Origin: a bacterium | Lineage (GTDB): Bacteria > Patescibacteriota > Minisyncoccia > Minisyncoccales > JANBVM01 | Direction: 5' to 3' | Assembly: GCA_030588745.1 (NCBI GenBank) | Contig: JAUUXB010000001.1 | Span: 5,330-69,329, forward strand | Length of the DNA: 64,000 nucleotides | Part shown: piece after piece, positions 10,058 to 17,502 of the stretch | Layout: the number at the start of each line of letters is the position of its first letter | How positions within the stretch are numbered: position 1 is the first letter of the stretch | Program-made: the position numbers and the translations under genes | Notes under the pieces: generated by a model | The model's input: the letters and a program-made list of their open reading frames with translations, nothing else | Told to the model about the DNA's origin: nothing | Database searches by the model: none

Positions 10058-10570
10058 ATGGCATTAGAAACTATTATTCAATTTATTTTAAACCCTGCTT
10101 TAAGCGGCAACCTTTTAATACTGAAACTAGTATTTATTATCCTGAGTTTGTTTTTCACATTGTTTATTATTTTTGCCTTAATTAAAACTGATTGGCTTCA
10201 TCAATTAATGCTTTGGGATTGGATGGAGTTTCTTACTTACAAGTTTCATGGTCTGGCTACTGTAAATAAAAGATGGGCTAAAATCAGGGGGAAATCCCGT
10301 ATTAGTGAGGCTGAAGCAAGATTAGCTGTTATTGAGGCAGATAATTTACTAAATGAGATACTAATAAAAATGGGATTCAGCGGTAAGGTTTTAAAAGAGC
10401 GACTTGAGCCAATGACTCCTGATATCCTTGAGAATATTAAACAGGTTAAAAAAGCTCATCAGATTCGTTTAAATATGGTAGCTAATCCAGATTATCACTT
10501 AGATTCAGCATCAGCCCTTAAGGTTTTACAGGTTTACGAGGAGGCTTTGGAGAATTTACAGGTACTTTAG
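10058..10570 (+). CDS. hypothetical membrane protein
   Basis: ORF with one N-terminal TM segment (LLILKLVFIILSLFFTLFIIFALI). No recognisable motif. Confidence 0.5.
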   Translation: MALETIIQFILNPALSGNLLILKLVFIILSLFFTLFIIFALIKTDWLHQLMLWDWMEFLTYKFHGLATVNKRWAKIRGKSRISEAEARLAVIEADNLLNEILIKMGFSGKVLKERLEPMTPDILENIKQVKKAHQIRLNMVANPDYHLDSASALKVLQVYEEALENLQVL

Positions 10571-10612
10571 CGTTGACTTTAAAGGTGAAAAAATATAGAA
10601 TGTGTTCATTAA

Positions 10613-10683
10613 CGCGGTGTAGAGGAGTAGTACCTCGCCAGTCCCATAAGCTGGAGACCCCCGTGCAATTCGGGGCACCGCAA
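10613..10683 (+). tRNA. tRNA-Met(CAT), initiator-like, non-canonical D and T loops
   Basis: Hand-folded cloverleaf: acceptor CGCGGTG/CACCGCA (C1:A72 mismatch), D arm GAGG-AGTAGTA-CCTC (A11:U24), anticodon arm CCAGT-CCCATAA-GCTGG, T arm CCCCG-TGCAATT-CGGGG. The 3' GCAACA resembles the fMet GCAACCA. The three G:C pairs of canonical initiators are missing from the anticodon stem. Confidence 0.6.
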
Positions 10684-10689
10684 CACGTA

Positions 10690-10762
10690 GCCGGTGTAGC
10701 TCAATGGTTAGAGCAATTGCATCATAAGCAAAAGGTTACAGGTTCGAATCCCGTCACCGGCA
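10690..10762 (+). tRNA. tRNA with CAT anticodon (elongator Met or lysidine-dependent Ile2)
   Basis: GCCGGTG-TA-GCTC-AATGGTTA-GAGC-A-ATTGC-ATCATAA-GCAAA-AGGTT-ACAGG-TTCGAAT-CCCGT-CACCGGC-A. One A:A and one A:C mismatch. No encoded CCA. Confidence 0.8.
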
Positions 10763-10770
10763 CTGGCACT

Positions 10771-10844
10771 GGGGACGTAGCTCAATTGGTTAGAGCTCGT
10801 GATTGTCGATCACGAGGTTGCGAGTTCGAGTCTCGTCGTCCCCG
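10771..10844 (+). tRNA. tRNA-Asp(GTC)
   Basis: GGGGACG-TA-GCTC-AATTGGTTA-GAGC-T-CGTGA-TTGTCGA-TCACG-AGGTT-GCGAG-TTCGAGT-CTCGT-CGTCCCC-G. No encoded CCA. Confidence 0.92.
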
Positions 10845-10887
10845 CAAAATTAGATAAAATTGCATATAATTGGATGTAATTGTATAA
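10837..10887 (+). repeat. direct repeat copy A (starts in the last 8 nt of tRNA-Asp)
   Basis: cgtccccgcaaaattagataaaattgcatataatTGGATgtaattgtataa. It pairs with 12073-12118. Confidence 0.8.
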
Positions 10888-10894
10888 TAAGAAA

Positions 10895-10915
10895 TCGCCA
10901 AGCAGGCGGTTTTTC
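10895..10915 (+). terminator. weak intrinsic terminator after the tRNA cluster
   Basis: tCGCC-aagca-GGCGg followed by TTTTT. Confidence 0.4.
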
Positions 10916-10957
10916 TGTATAATAAGATAAAGGTCTATAAATTAAGCCTTATAAAAT

Positions 10958-11947
10958 ATGAAAAAAATAATTTTAATTACAATATTATCATTTTTATTAC
11001 TCTCTTTTGGAGTACAGGTTTTAGCTCAGGAAGCTGACTTACCGTCTCCAGGGCTTTTACCTGACAGTCCATTCTACTTTCTGGAGATAATTGCAGAAGA
11101 GATTATTACTTTCTTTACCTTCGGAGACCTCAAGAAAGCTGAAAGATATGCTGTCTTAGCAGCTGAAAGACTAGCTGAAGTCAAAGCTGTAGTAGAAAAA
11201 GGAAAGCCAGAATTTGCAGAAAAAACCCTGGCAAGATACGAGAATCAGCTGAATAATAGCATAGCCCGGGCAGAAAGAGCACAAGCTAAAGATCAGAACA
11301 CTGAACAAGTTATGGCTAAAGTTGGCAAGGCAACCTCTATTCATTTAGAGGTTTTGGCTGAAGTTTATAAGAAAGTTCCCGAACAAGCAAAACCAGCTAT
11401 TGAAAATGCAATGAAAGTTTCACTAAAAGGACATGAAAAAGCGGTTGAAGTATTAAAAGCAAAAGATGCTTTGGGTGAAATTCCAGAAGAAGCTTCTCTG
11501 CCAATGGAGGTTCCAGCAGAAGTCAGAAAGAGAATCCAAGTGAGGGTTCAGCAGGAATTAGAAGCAGAGGAAGCTGAGCGGGCAAAAGAGAATGATTTTC
11601 AGAGCTTTGACTTTGAATGGTTTAGAGCTTTCTGTATAGAACAGGGAGCACAATCAGAGATGTGTGCATCATTTGTAAATGATCTTCAGAGATCTGAATC
11701 GATTAGAGCTTTCTGTCTAGAGAAGGGAATGCTGCCAGCAGAGATGTGTGAGAAAATTCCTTTTCAAGGTTTTAAGTCATTTAAAGAGCTTGAAGTTTTC
11801 TGTATAGAAGTGGGAGGAACACCAGAGATATGTTCATCGGTTGAAGCTAGATGTGGGGAAGTGGGAGTAACAACACCAGACGAGTGTTTTTTTGTTCTTT
11901 TAACTGCTACTGTAAGCACTTCTGCCACACCTCGTTTATCAGAATAA
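10958..11947 (+). CDS. secreted protein, DUF5667-like N-terminal domain plus C-terminal Cys-pair repeats
   Basis: Signal peptide (LSFLLLSFGVQVLAQE) and the LPDSPFYFLE motif shared with the 654-aa protein at 33672-35636. Three to four repeats of FC-x-E-x-G-x3-4-E(M/I)C. GC is visibly higher than in the flanks. Confidence 0.7.
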   Translation: MKKIILITILSFLLLSFGVQVLAQEADLPSPGLLPDSPFYFLEIIAEEIITFFTFGDLKKAERYAVLAAERLAEVKAVVEKGKPEFAEKTLARYENQLNNSIARAERAQAKDQNTEQVMAKVGKATSIHLEVLAEVYKKVPEQAKPAIENAMKVSLKGHEKAVEVLKAKDALGEIPEEASLPMEVPAEVRKRIQVRVQQELEAEEAERAKENDFQSFDFEWFRAFCIEQGAQSEMCASFVNDLQRSESIRAFCLEKGMLPAEMCEKIPFQGFKSFKELEVFCIEVGGTPEICSSVEARCGEVGVTTPDECFFVLLTATVSTSATPRLSE

Positions 11948-12072
11948 AGGAAGAGTTAGAATGAGAGGTTAAACTTTTGCAAGACAGGTTCTAATATCGT
12001 CCACGATATGGAGATTTTACTGATTCTACAGCTGAAAACTCAAACCAGTACTCAGTTCTAACTATGTCCAAC

Positions 12073-12118
12073 CATCCCCACAAAATTGGATAGAATTGCA
12101 TATAATGTAATTGTATAA
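12073..12118 (+). repeat. direct repeat copy B
   Basis: catccccacaaaattggatagaattgcatataatgtaattgtataa. 42 of 46 aligned positions are identical to copy A, with a 5-nt indel. Confidence 0.8.
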
Positions 12119-12188
12119 AGTAGAGCCCGATCATAGAGTTCGGGTTTCGGGTTTAGGTATTACAGAGGCATTAGTGTATTACAACCTA

Positions 12189-12216
12189 TTGACAAATTGA
12201 AAAAATGTGATATACT
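12189..12216 (+). promoter_or_regulatory. near-consensus extended -10 promoter
   Basis: TTGACA (12189-12194), 16-nt spacer ending in TGa, TATACT (12211-12216). It lies about 95 nt upstream of the 122-aa ORF. Confidence 0.55.
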
Positions 12217-12310
12217 TAAAATGTAAATACAAAGGAAAATGTGAATAAAAAATGCATTTTTCTGGCTTTGCCCTTTAGTACTTTAATTTTTTAAAAAAGA
12301 GGTTGTAAAT

Positions 12311-12679
12311 ATGGCAAAAAAGGTAAAGAATAAACCGATTCGGTTCGGCAATATCAGGATAACAAAAAATAATCCAGGAAATATCACAACTTATCCAAAT
12401 ATAAAAACAGTGAGTACAACGATATTTAAAGAAGGTATCATGATTGATATTCATGACAACAGAAGCGAGACAAAAAAACAGGGAAAAATAGTGTTAGGTC
12501 CCGCTTTCGTGCAAATCAACAAGGGAGTCGATGACGAAGTTAAATTTAAAAGGAGGGTTGTGTATTTGCAGGATTCTCTTATTAAGGAAGAAAAAATTAA
12601 GCTAGAAATGATGTTAGAAGGAACAACGATAGAAATAAAGAGAAACGGAGAAGACATCTTTAGTAAATTCATGACATAA
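12311..12679 (+). CDS. hypothetical protein (122 aa, orphan)
   Basis: ORF preceded by aagagg SD-like sequence and the promoter above. No motif recognised. Confidence 0.5.
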   Translation: MAKKVKNKPIRFGNIRITKNNPGNITTYPNIKTVSTTIFKEGIMIDIHDNRSETKKQGKIVLGPAFVQINKGVDDEVKFKRRVVYLQDSLIKEEKIKLEMMLEGTTIEIKRNGEDIFSKFMT

Positions 12680-12722
12680 AATTTTCTTTCTTAATATAAT
12701 ATAATTCACATTCATTTGTGGA

Positions 12723-12811
12723 TTTTTTTATTTGACTTTTTTATTTAAGAGATTAGTATCTAATGCAGGAGTTTTTAGCTCCTTAAAAATTTGGAGGTAA
12801 ACGAAAATGGA
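12723..12811 (+). repeat. 89-bp promoter/5'-UTR cassette, copy 1 (before pyrF)
   Basis: Identical to 13553-13641 except one base (12802 c vs 13632 t). Contains TTGACT (12732-12737), TAGTAT (12754-12759), hairpin AGGAG(12767-71)/CTCCT(12779-83), SD GGAGG (12793-97) and the ATG. Confidence 0.9.
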
Positions 12812-13520
12812 CGCAAAAGAAAGATTAATTTTGGCTTTAGATGTACCAGACTTAAAGTCAGCTGTTTCACTTTTAGATAAACTTGAATCTATAGTGGGAT
12901 TAGTCAAGGTAAATTCTCTGGCAGTGGCTGAACCTAGTATTGTTTCTATAATTCAAGAAAGAAACATGGGCGTGTGGAGAGATTTTAAGCACCACGATAT
13001 TCCAGGCACTGTGGCAAATTATATTAAGGCTGATATCAAAGATGGTTTGATGATGACCAGCATTCATACACTTGGTGGAATAAAGATGATGGAGTATGCT
13101 GTTAAGGAAGCAAAAAAAACTGACTTGAAGATAGTGGGTATTACTATTTTAACCAGCCATAGTCAAGATAGTTTTACCCAAGAATTAGGAATTTCAGGTT
13201 CTATCCAAGACAAAGTGAAACAATTAGCCTTAAGTGCTCAGGGTGCTGGCTTGCAGGCAGTGGTAGCTTCTCCGAAAGAAGCAAAAATACTTCGTGATAT
13301 TTTATTATCCAGAACCTTAATTTTAACTCCAGGAATTAAGCCAAAATGGGCAGTTAAACGAGAAGATCAGGCAAGGGTAACCACTCCCTATCAAGCAATT
13401 ATGGATGGCTCTGACAATATTGTAGTAGGAAGTGCTATTCATAGAAGTAAAAATCCTTACGAAGCAGCAGAGAAAATAATTACTGAAATAGATCAGGCAT
13501 TGAGCGATCGTAATCTTTAA
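12807..13520 (+). CDS. pyrF: orotidine-5'-phosphate decarboxylase
   Basis: LILALD, DFKHHDIPGT and LTPGI motifs of OMP decarboxylase. Confidence 0.88.
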   Translation: MDAKERLILALDVPDLKSAVSLLDKLESIVGLVKVNSLAVAEPSIVSIIQERNMGVWRDFKHHDIPGTVANYIKADIKDGLMMTSIHTLGGIKMMEYAVKEAKKTDLKIVGITILTSHSQDSFTQELGISGSIQDKVKQLALSAQGAGLQAVVASPKEAKILRDILLSRTLILTPGIKPKWAVKREDQARVTTPYQAIMDGSDNIVVGSAIHRSKNPYEAAEKIITEIDQALSDRNL

Positions 13521-13552
13521 TTCAAACTCGCTTTTCATATTGAACAGCGAAC

Positions 13553-13641
13553 TTTTTTTATTTGACTTTTTTATTTAAGAGATTAGTATCTAATGCAGGA
13601 GTTTTTAGCTCCTTAAAAATTTGGAGGTAAATGAAAATGGA
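13553..13641 (+). repeat. 89-bp promoter/5'-UTR cassette, copy 2 (before pyrE)
   Basis: See copy 1. The offset is exactly 830 nt. Confidence 0.9.
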
Positions 13642-14260
13642 AGAAAAAGAAATCATAAGGATTTTTGAAGAAACAGGAGCAATCTTAGAAGGACATTTTG
13701 TATATACTTCTAGTAAGCATGGCAAAGTTTACGTAAACAAAGATTTTCTTTACATGTTCGTCTTGAAAGTAAAATTACTTTGCGAAATAATAGCTGAACA
13801 CTTTAAGGATAAGAACATAGAACTTGTTGCTGGTCCAGCTATAGGCGGTGTAGCTTTGACTCAATGGACAGCTTTTGCTCTAACACAGTTTACTGATAAG
13901 GAGATCTTGGCAGTTTATTCTGAAGACGGATTAAATAACACAAAGATTTTCAAACGTGGCTATGACAAGCACGTTAAAGGAAAAGGAGCCTTGGTTGTTG
14001 AGGACATAACTACTACTGGCGGTTCAGTTAAAAAAACAGTAGAAGCTGTAAAGGCTTTGGGTGGAATAGTAATGGGCGTAGGTCTGCTTTGGAACCGTGG
14101 CGCAATCACGAGTCAAGATTTAGGAGTACCAGAAGTGTTCTCCTTAGTTAATGTAACTTTTGAAGCTTTTGACGAAAAAGAATGTCCTTTGTGTGCCCAA
14201 AACATTCCAATTAATACAAACGTTGGAAAAGGCCGAGAATATCTTATCCAAAAGGCCTAA
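13637..14260 (+). CDS. pyrE: orotate phosphoribosyltransferase
   Basis: PRPP-binding motif ALVVEDITTTGGS. The start is set at the ATG homologous to the pyrF start, 9 nt after GGAGG. The track start at 13631 exists only because of the single c-to-t difference and sits 3 nt from the SD. Confidence 0.85.
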   Translation: MEEKEIIRIFEETGAILEGHFVYTSSKHGKVYVNKDFLYMFVLKVKLLCEIIAEHFKDKNIELVAGPAIGGVALTQWTAFALTQFTDKEILAVYSEDGLNNTKIFKRGYDKHVKGKGALVVEDITTTGGSVKKTVEAVKALGGIVMGVGLLWNRGAITSQDLGVPEVFSLVNVTFEAFDEKECPLCAQNIPINTNVGKGREYLIQKA

Positions 14261-14273
14261 TAAAACATCTTAT

Positions 14274-14302
14274 TCCCATATTAAAAGTGGGTCTTTTTTT
14301 TA
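14274..14302 (+). terminator. weak intrinsic terminator after pyrE
   Basis: CCCA-tattaaaag-TGGG followed by CTTTTTTTT. Confidence 0.35.
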
Positions 14303-14391
14303 TTCACAGCTTGTCTTGATTTTAAGCTATTTTTAAGCTAAAATTAATACTAGAGACCTTGCCTTTTAATAGGTGAGGGTTAGTTAAATTT

Positions 14392-15414
14392 ATGCCAAAA
14401 ATTGATATAAAAAGCCTTGAAAAAAGGGCTGAAAAAGAGATTAAAAACAGCAAGAATCTCAAAGATTTAGATGGTGTTTATAAGAAGTATTTGGACAAAA
14501 AAGGTGAATTGTCCAAGGTTTTGCGTTCCTTAAAGAAACTGCCAGAAGTTAAAAGAACAAAGCTGGGCAAAAAAGCAAATGAGCTTAAAGTTTATTTGAA
14601 AAAGATTATTGAACAGAAAAGCAAAAAACTTAAAGAAATATCCAGAAAGCAAGTTTATGAAAAAGAGTGGATTGATATTACTATTCCAGCAAGAAAACCT
14701 GTTTTAGGTCATCTTCACCCTTTAACTCAAGTAAAAAGAGAAATGGAAGAGATTTTTCAATTAATGGGCTTTTCAGTAATTGAGGGGCCTGAAATGGAAA
14801 CTGAATGGTATAATTTTGATGCTTTAAATATTCCCAAAGACCATCCAGCAAGAGATTTGTGGGATACATTCTATTTAAAAAATAGATTACTTCTTAGAAC
14901 TCATACTTCGCCTGTTCAGATAAGATACATGGAGAAGAATAATCCACCTTTTAGAATTATTGTTCCTGGAAGGATTTTTCGCCATGAAGCTACTGATGCT
15001 TATCATGAATTTAATTTTTACCAATTAGAAGGCTTAATGCTTGATAAACAAGTTTCAGCTGCTAATTTTAAAGCTATTATTGAAGAGTTTTACAGGAGAT
15101 TTTTTAAAAAATCAGTGAAAATCCGCATGAGGCCAAGTTATTTTCCTTTTGTTGAACCAGGCTTTGAAATTGATATGACCTGCACTGTTTGTTTAGGTAA
15201 AGGGTGTCCAGCTTGCGGAAAAACTGGCTGGCAGGAAATGATGGGCGCTGGAATGGTTCATCCTAATGTTTTAAAGAATTCAGGATTAAATCCTAAAAAC
15301 TGGCAAGGTTTTGCTTTTGGAATGGGAGTAGAGAGGTTGGTAATGATGAAGTATAAAATTAATGACATTAGGTTTTTGTATAAAAACGATTTAAGATTTT
15401 TAAAACAGTTTTAA
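14392..15414 (+). CDS. pheS: phenylalanyl-tRNA synthetase alpha subunit
   Basis: HPARDLWDTFY, RTHTSPVQIR, FRHEATDAYH and FAFGMGVERL class II motifs. Confidence 0.94.
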   Translation: MPKIDIKSLEKRAEKEIKNSKNLKDLDGVYKKYLDKKGELSKVLRSLKKLPEVKRTKLGKKANELKVYLKKIIEQKSKKLKEISRKQVYEKEWIDITIPARKPVLGHLHPLTQVKREMEEIFQLMGFSVIEGPEMETEWYNFDALNIPKDHPARDLWDTFYLKNRLLLRTHTSPVQIRYMEKNNPPFRIIVPGRIFRHEATDAYHEFNFYQLEGLMLDKQVSAANFKAIIEEFYRRFFKKSVKIRMRPSYFPFVEPGFEIDMTCTVCLGKGCPACGKTGWQEMMGAGMVHPNVLKNSGLNPKNWQGFAFGMGVERLVMMKYKINDIRFLYKNDLRFLKQF

Positions 15415-15419
15415 TATTT

Positions 15420-17450
15420 ATGGTTTTTTCCTATAATATATTGCAATCATTTTTTAAAAAGAAATTACCCAAACCAGAAAAACTGGCAGAGATTTTAAAT
15501 CTTCATTTTTTTGAAGTTGAAGAAATAGAAAAACAGGGGAGTGACTTTGCAATTGATATTGATGTACTGCCCAACAGGGGGTCAGATTGTTTTTCCCATT
15601 TAGGAGTAGCAAGAGAGATTTCAGCTCTTTTGAATATTGAACTAAAAGAATTTAAGGATAAAGTTCAAGAAATAGATAATAGTGCTAAGGATTTTATAAA
15701 ACTTCAGGTTAGCAGTAAAAAAGATTGCAACAGGTACACTGCAAGAGTTATTAATGATGTAAAAGTTGGTTCTTCACCTGGCTGGATTAAAGAAAGGTTA
15801 AGGGTTTTAGGCCTTAAACCAATTAACAATATTGTTGATATTGCAAACTATGTAATGCTTGAAACTGGCCAGCCGCTTCATGCTTTTGATTTAGATAAAA
15901 TAACTGATAGAAAGATAATTGTTAGGCGTGCTCAAAAAAGGGAAAGAATTACAACTTTAGATAATGAGAGATATGCTTTAGATAAAAACATTTTAGTAAT
16001 TGCTGATAGTAAAAGACCAATAGCTATTGCAGGAATTAAAGGTGGAAAAAAAACAGAAATAGATAAAAAAACAAAAAGTGTTGTTTTAGAATCAGCTAAT
16101 TTTAATGCTAAAACAGTGCGTCAAGGTTCTAAAACAATAGATTTAAAAACAGATGCTTCTTGGCGTTTTGAGCATGGTATTGATTTGAATCTAACGGAGA
16201 GCGCAATAAACAGAGCTGCTTATTTAATTCAAGAAATAGCAAAAGGAAAAGTTTGCAAAGGATTAGTTGATTTTTATCCTAAAAAACCAGTAGTCAAGAA
16301 AATCAAATTAGATTTGAATTATACCCAGAGCTTGTTGGGAATAAAGATTCCTGTATCAAAAATAAAAATTATTTTGAAAAAATTAGGATTTAATATTTTA
16401 AAAAGTTCAAGTTCACAGTTTTTAGTTGGAGTGCCAACATTTAGATTAGACATATCAATTCCTGAAGATTTAATTGAAGAAATAGGCAGGATTTATGGCT
16501 ATGAGAACATTGAATCAGTTTTTCCTATCGGAGCTTTAATACCTCCAAAAAGAAACTTTAATGTTTTTTGGAAGAATAAAATAAAAGACATTTTAAAAGA
16601 AGCAGGATTCAGTGAGCTATATAATTATTCCTTTGTCAGTAAAAAACAAGGGAAAATGTTTGGCTATGATGTTTCTAATATGTTAGAGCTTGAAAATCCA
16701 TTAAGTGATAATTATCAGTATCTAAGGCCAAGCTTAATGCCTAATATGTTAGCTGTTTTTAAAGAAAATCAAAAGAATTTTAAAAATATTAAGATTTTTG
16801 AACTTGGCAATGTTTTTCTTAAAAAAAGAAAAGCAGAAGAAAAAAGAATGTTAACAGGAGTTATAAATGGAGATTCTTTTTATGAAATGAAAGGAATGGT
16901 TGATACGCTTTTAAATAAATTAGGAATTAGTGATGTTTGGTATGATCAGTACAGGGCAACACCAGAAGATTCAAAAAAATCTATATGGCATCCTAAAAAA
17001 ATTGCTGAAATTAAAGTTAGTCAAGAAGAAATTGGGTTTTTAGGTGAGATTTCTCCAAAGATTATTGAGGAATTGAAAATTAAATCAAGAGTAGTGGTGT
17101 TTGATCTTGATTTTGAGAAATTAAAAAAACTAGCTTCAGAAGAAGCTGAGTTTGTTCCAATTTCTCCTTATCCATCTGCAATAAGAGATATAGCGGTTTT
17201 AGTGCCTAAAGACATTTTAGTTGAACAAGTTCTAAATAAAATTAATGCAGTTGGCGGTGCTTTAATAAGAGATATTGATTTATTTGATATTTATGAAGGA
17301 GAAGAACTTCCTGAGGGAAAAAAGAACTTAGCTTTTCATATTATTTACCAAGCGAAAGACAAAACCTTATCTTCAAAAGAAATAGACGAGATTCAAAATA
17401 AAATCATTAAAGCTTTAGAACAAGAACTAGACTGGGAAGTAAGAAAATAA
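15420..17450 (+). CDS. pheT: phenylalanyl-tRNA synthetase beta subunit (short form, no N-terminal tRNA-binding domain)
   Basis: B3/4 and B5 domain pattern (NNIVDIANYVMLETGQPLHAFD), FDX-ACB-like C-terminus, adjacent to pheS. Confidence 0.9.
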   Translation: MVFSYNILQSFFKKKLPKPEKLAEILNLHFFEVEEIEKQGSDFAIDIDVLPNRGSDCFSHLGVAREISALLNIELKEFKDKVQEIDNSAKDFIKLQVSSKKDCNRYTARVINDVKVGSSPGWIKERLRVLGLKPINNIVDIANYVMLETGQPLHAFDLDKITDRKIIVRRAQKRERITTLDNERYALDKNILVIADSKRPIAIAGIKGGKKTEIDKKTKSVVLESANFNAKTVRQGSKTIDLKTDASWRFEHGIDLNLTESAINRAAYLIQEIAKGKVCKGLVDFYPKKPVVKKIKLDLNYTQSLLGIKIPVSKIKIILKKLGFNILKSSSSQFLVGVPTFRLDISIPEDLIEEIGRIYGYENIESVFPIGALIPPKRNFNVFWKNKIKDILKEAGFSELYNYSFVSKKQGKMFGYDVSNMLELENPLSDNYQYLRPSLMPNMLAVFKENQKNFKNIKIFELGNVFLKKRKAEEKRMLTGVINGDSFYEMKGMVDTLLNKLGISDVWYDQYRATPEDSKKSIWHPKKIAEIKVSQEEIGFLGEISPKIIEELKIKSRVVVFDLDFEKLKKLASEEAEFVPISPYPSAIRDIAVLVPKDILVEQVLNKINAVGGALIRDIDLFDIYEGEELPEGKKNLAFHIIYQAKDKTLSSKEIDEIQNKIIKALEQELDWEVRK

Positions 17451-17502
17451 TTATGTTAGTTCTAGTTAAGAATTGTTTTTTGTTTTAATTCAATTAAAAA
17501 TT

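Noticed and set aside
10573-10857. 94-aa ORF in the six-frame track
   Set aside because: It runs straight through three hand-folded tRNA genes (Met, Met/Ile2, Asp). It is GC-rich only because of the tRNAs and is not a protein gene.
14261-14391. T-box or leader-peptide attenuator upstream of pheS
   Set aside because: The spacer is only 131 nt. It lacks the T-box consensus and any Phe-rich mini-ORF. It is better explained by a weak terminator plus a TTGATT-17-TAAAAT promoter.
17473-17502. TTG-initiated 10-codon extension of gyrB
   Set aside because: The in-frame ATG at 17503 (MAKKIKR) is a more plausible start. The extension is hydrophobic and unlike any GyrB N-terminus.
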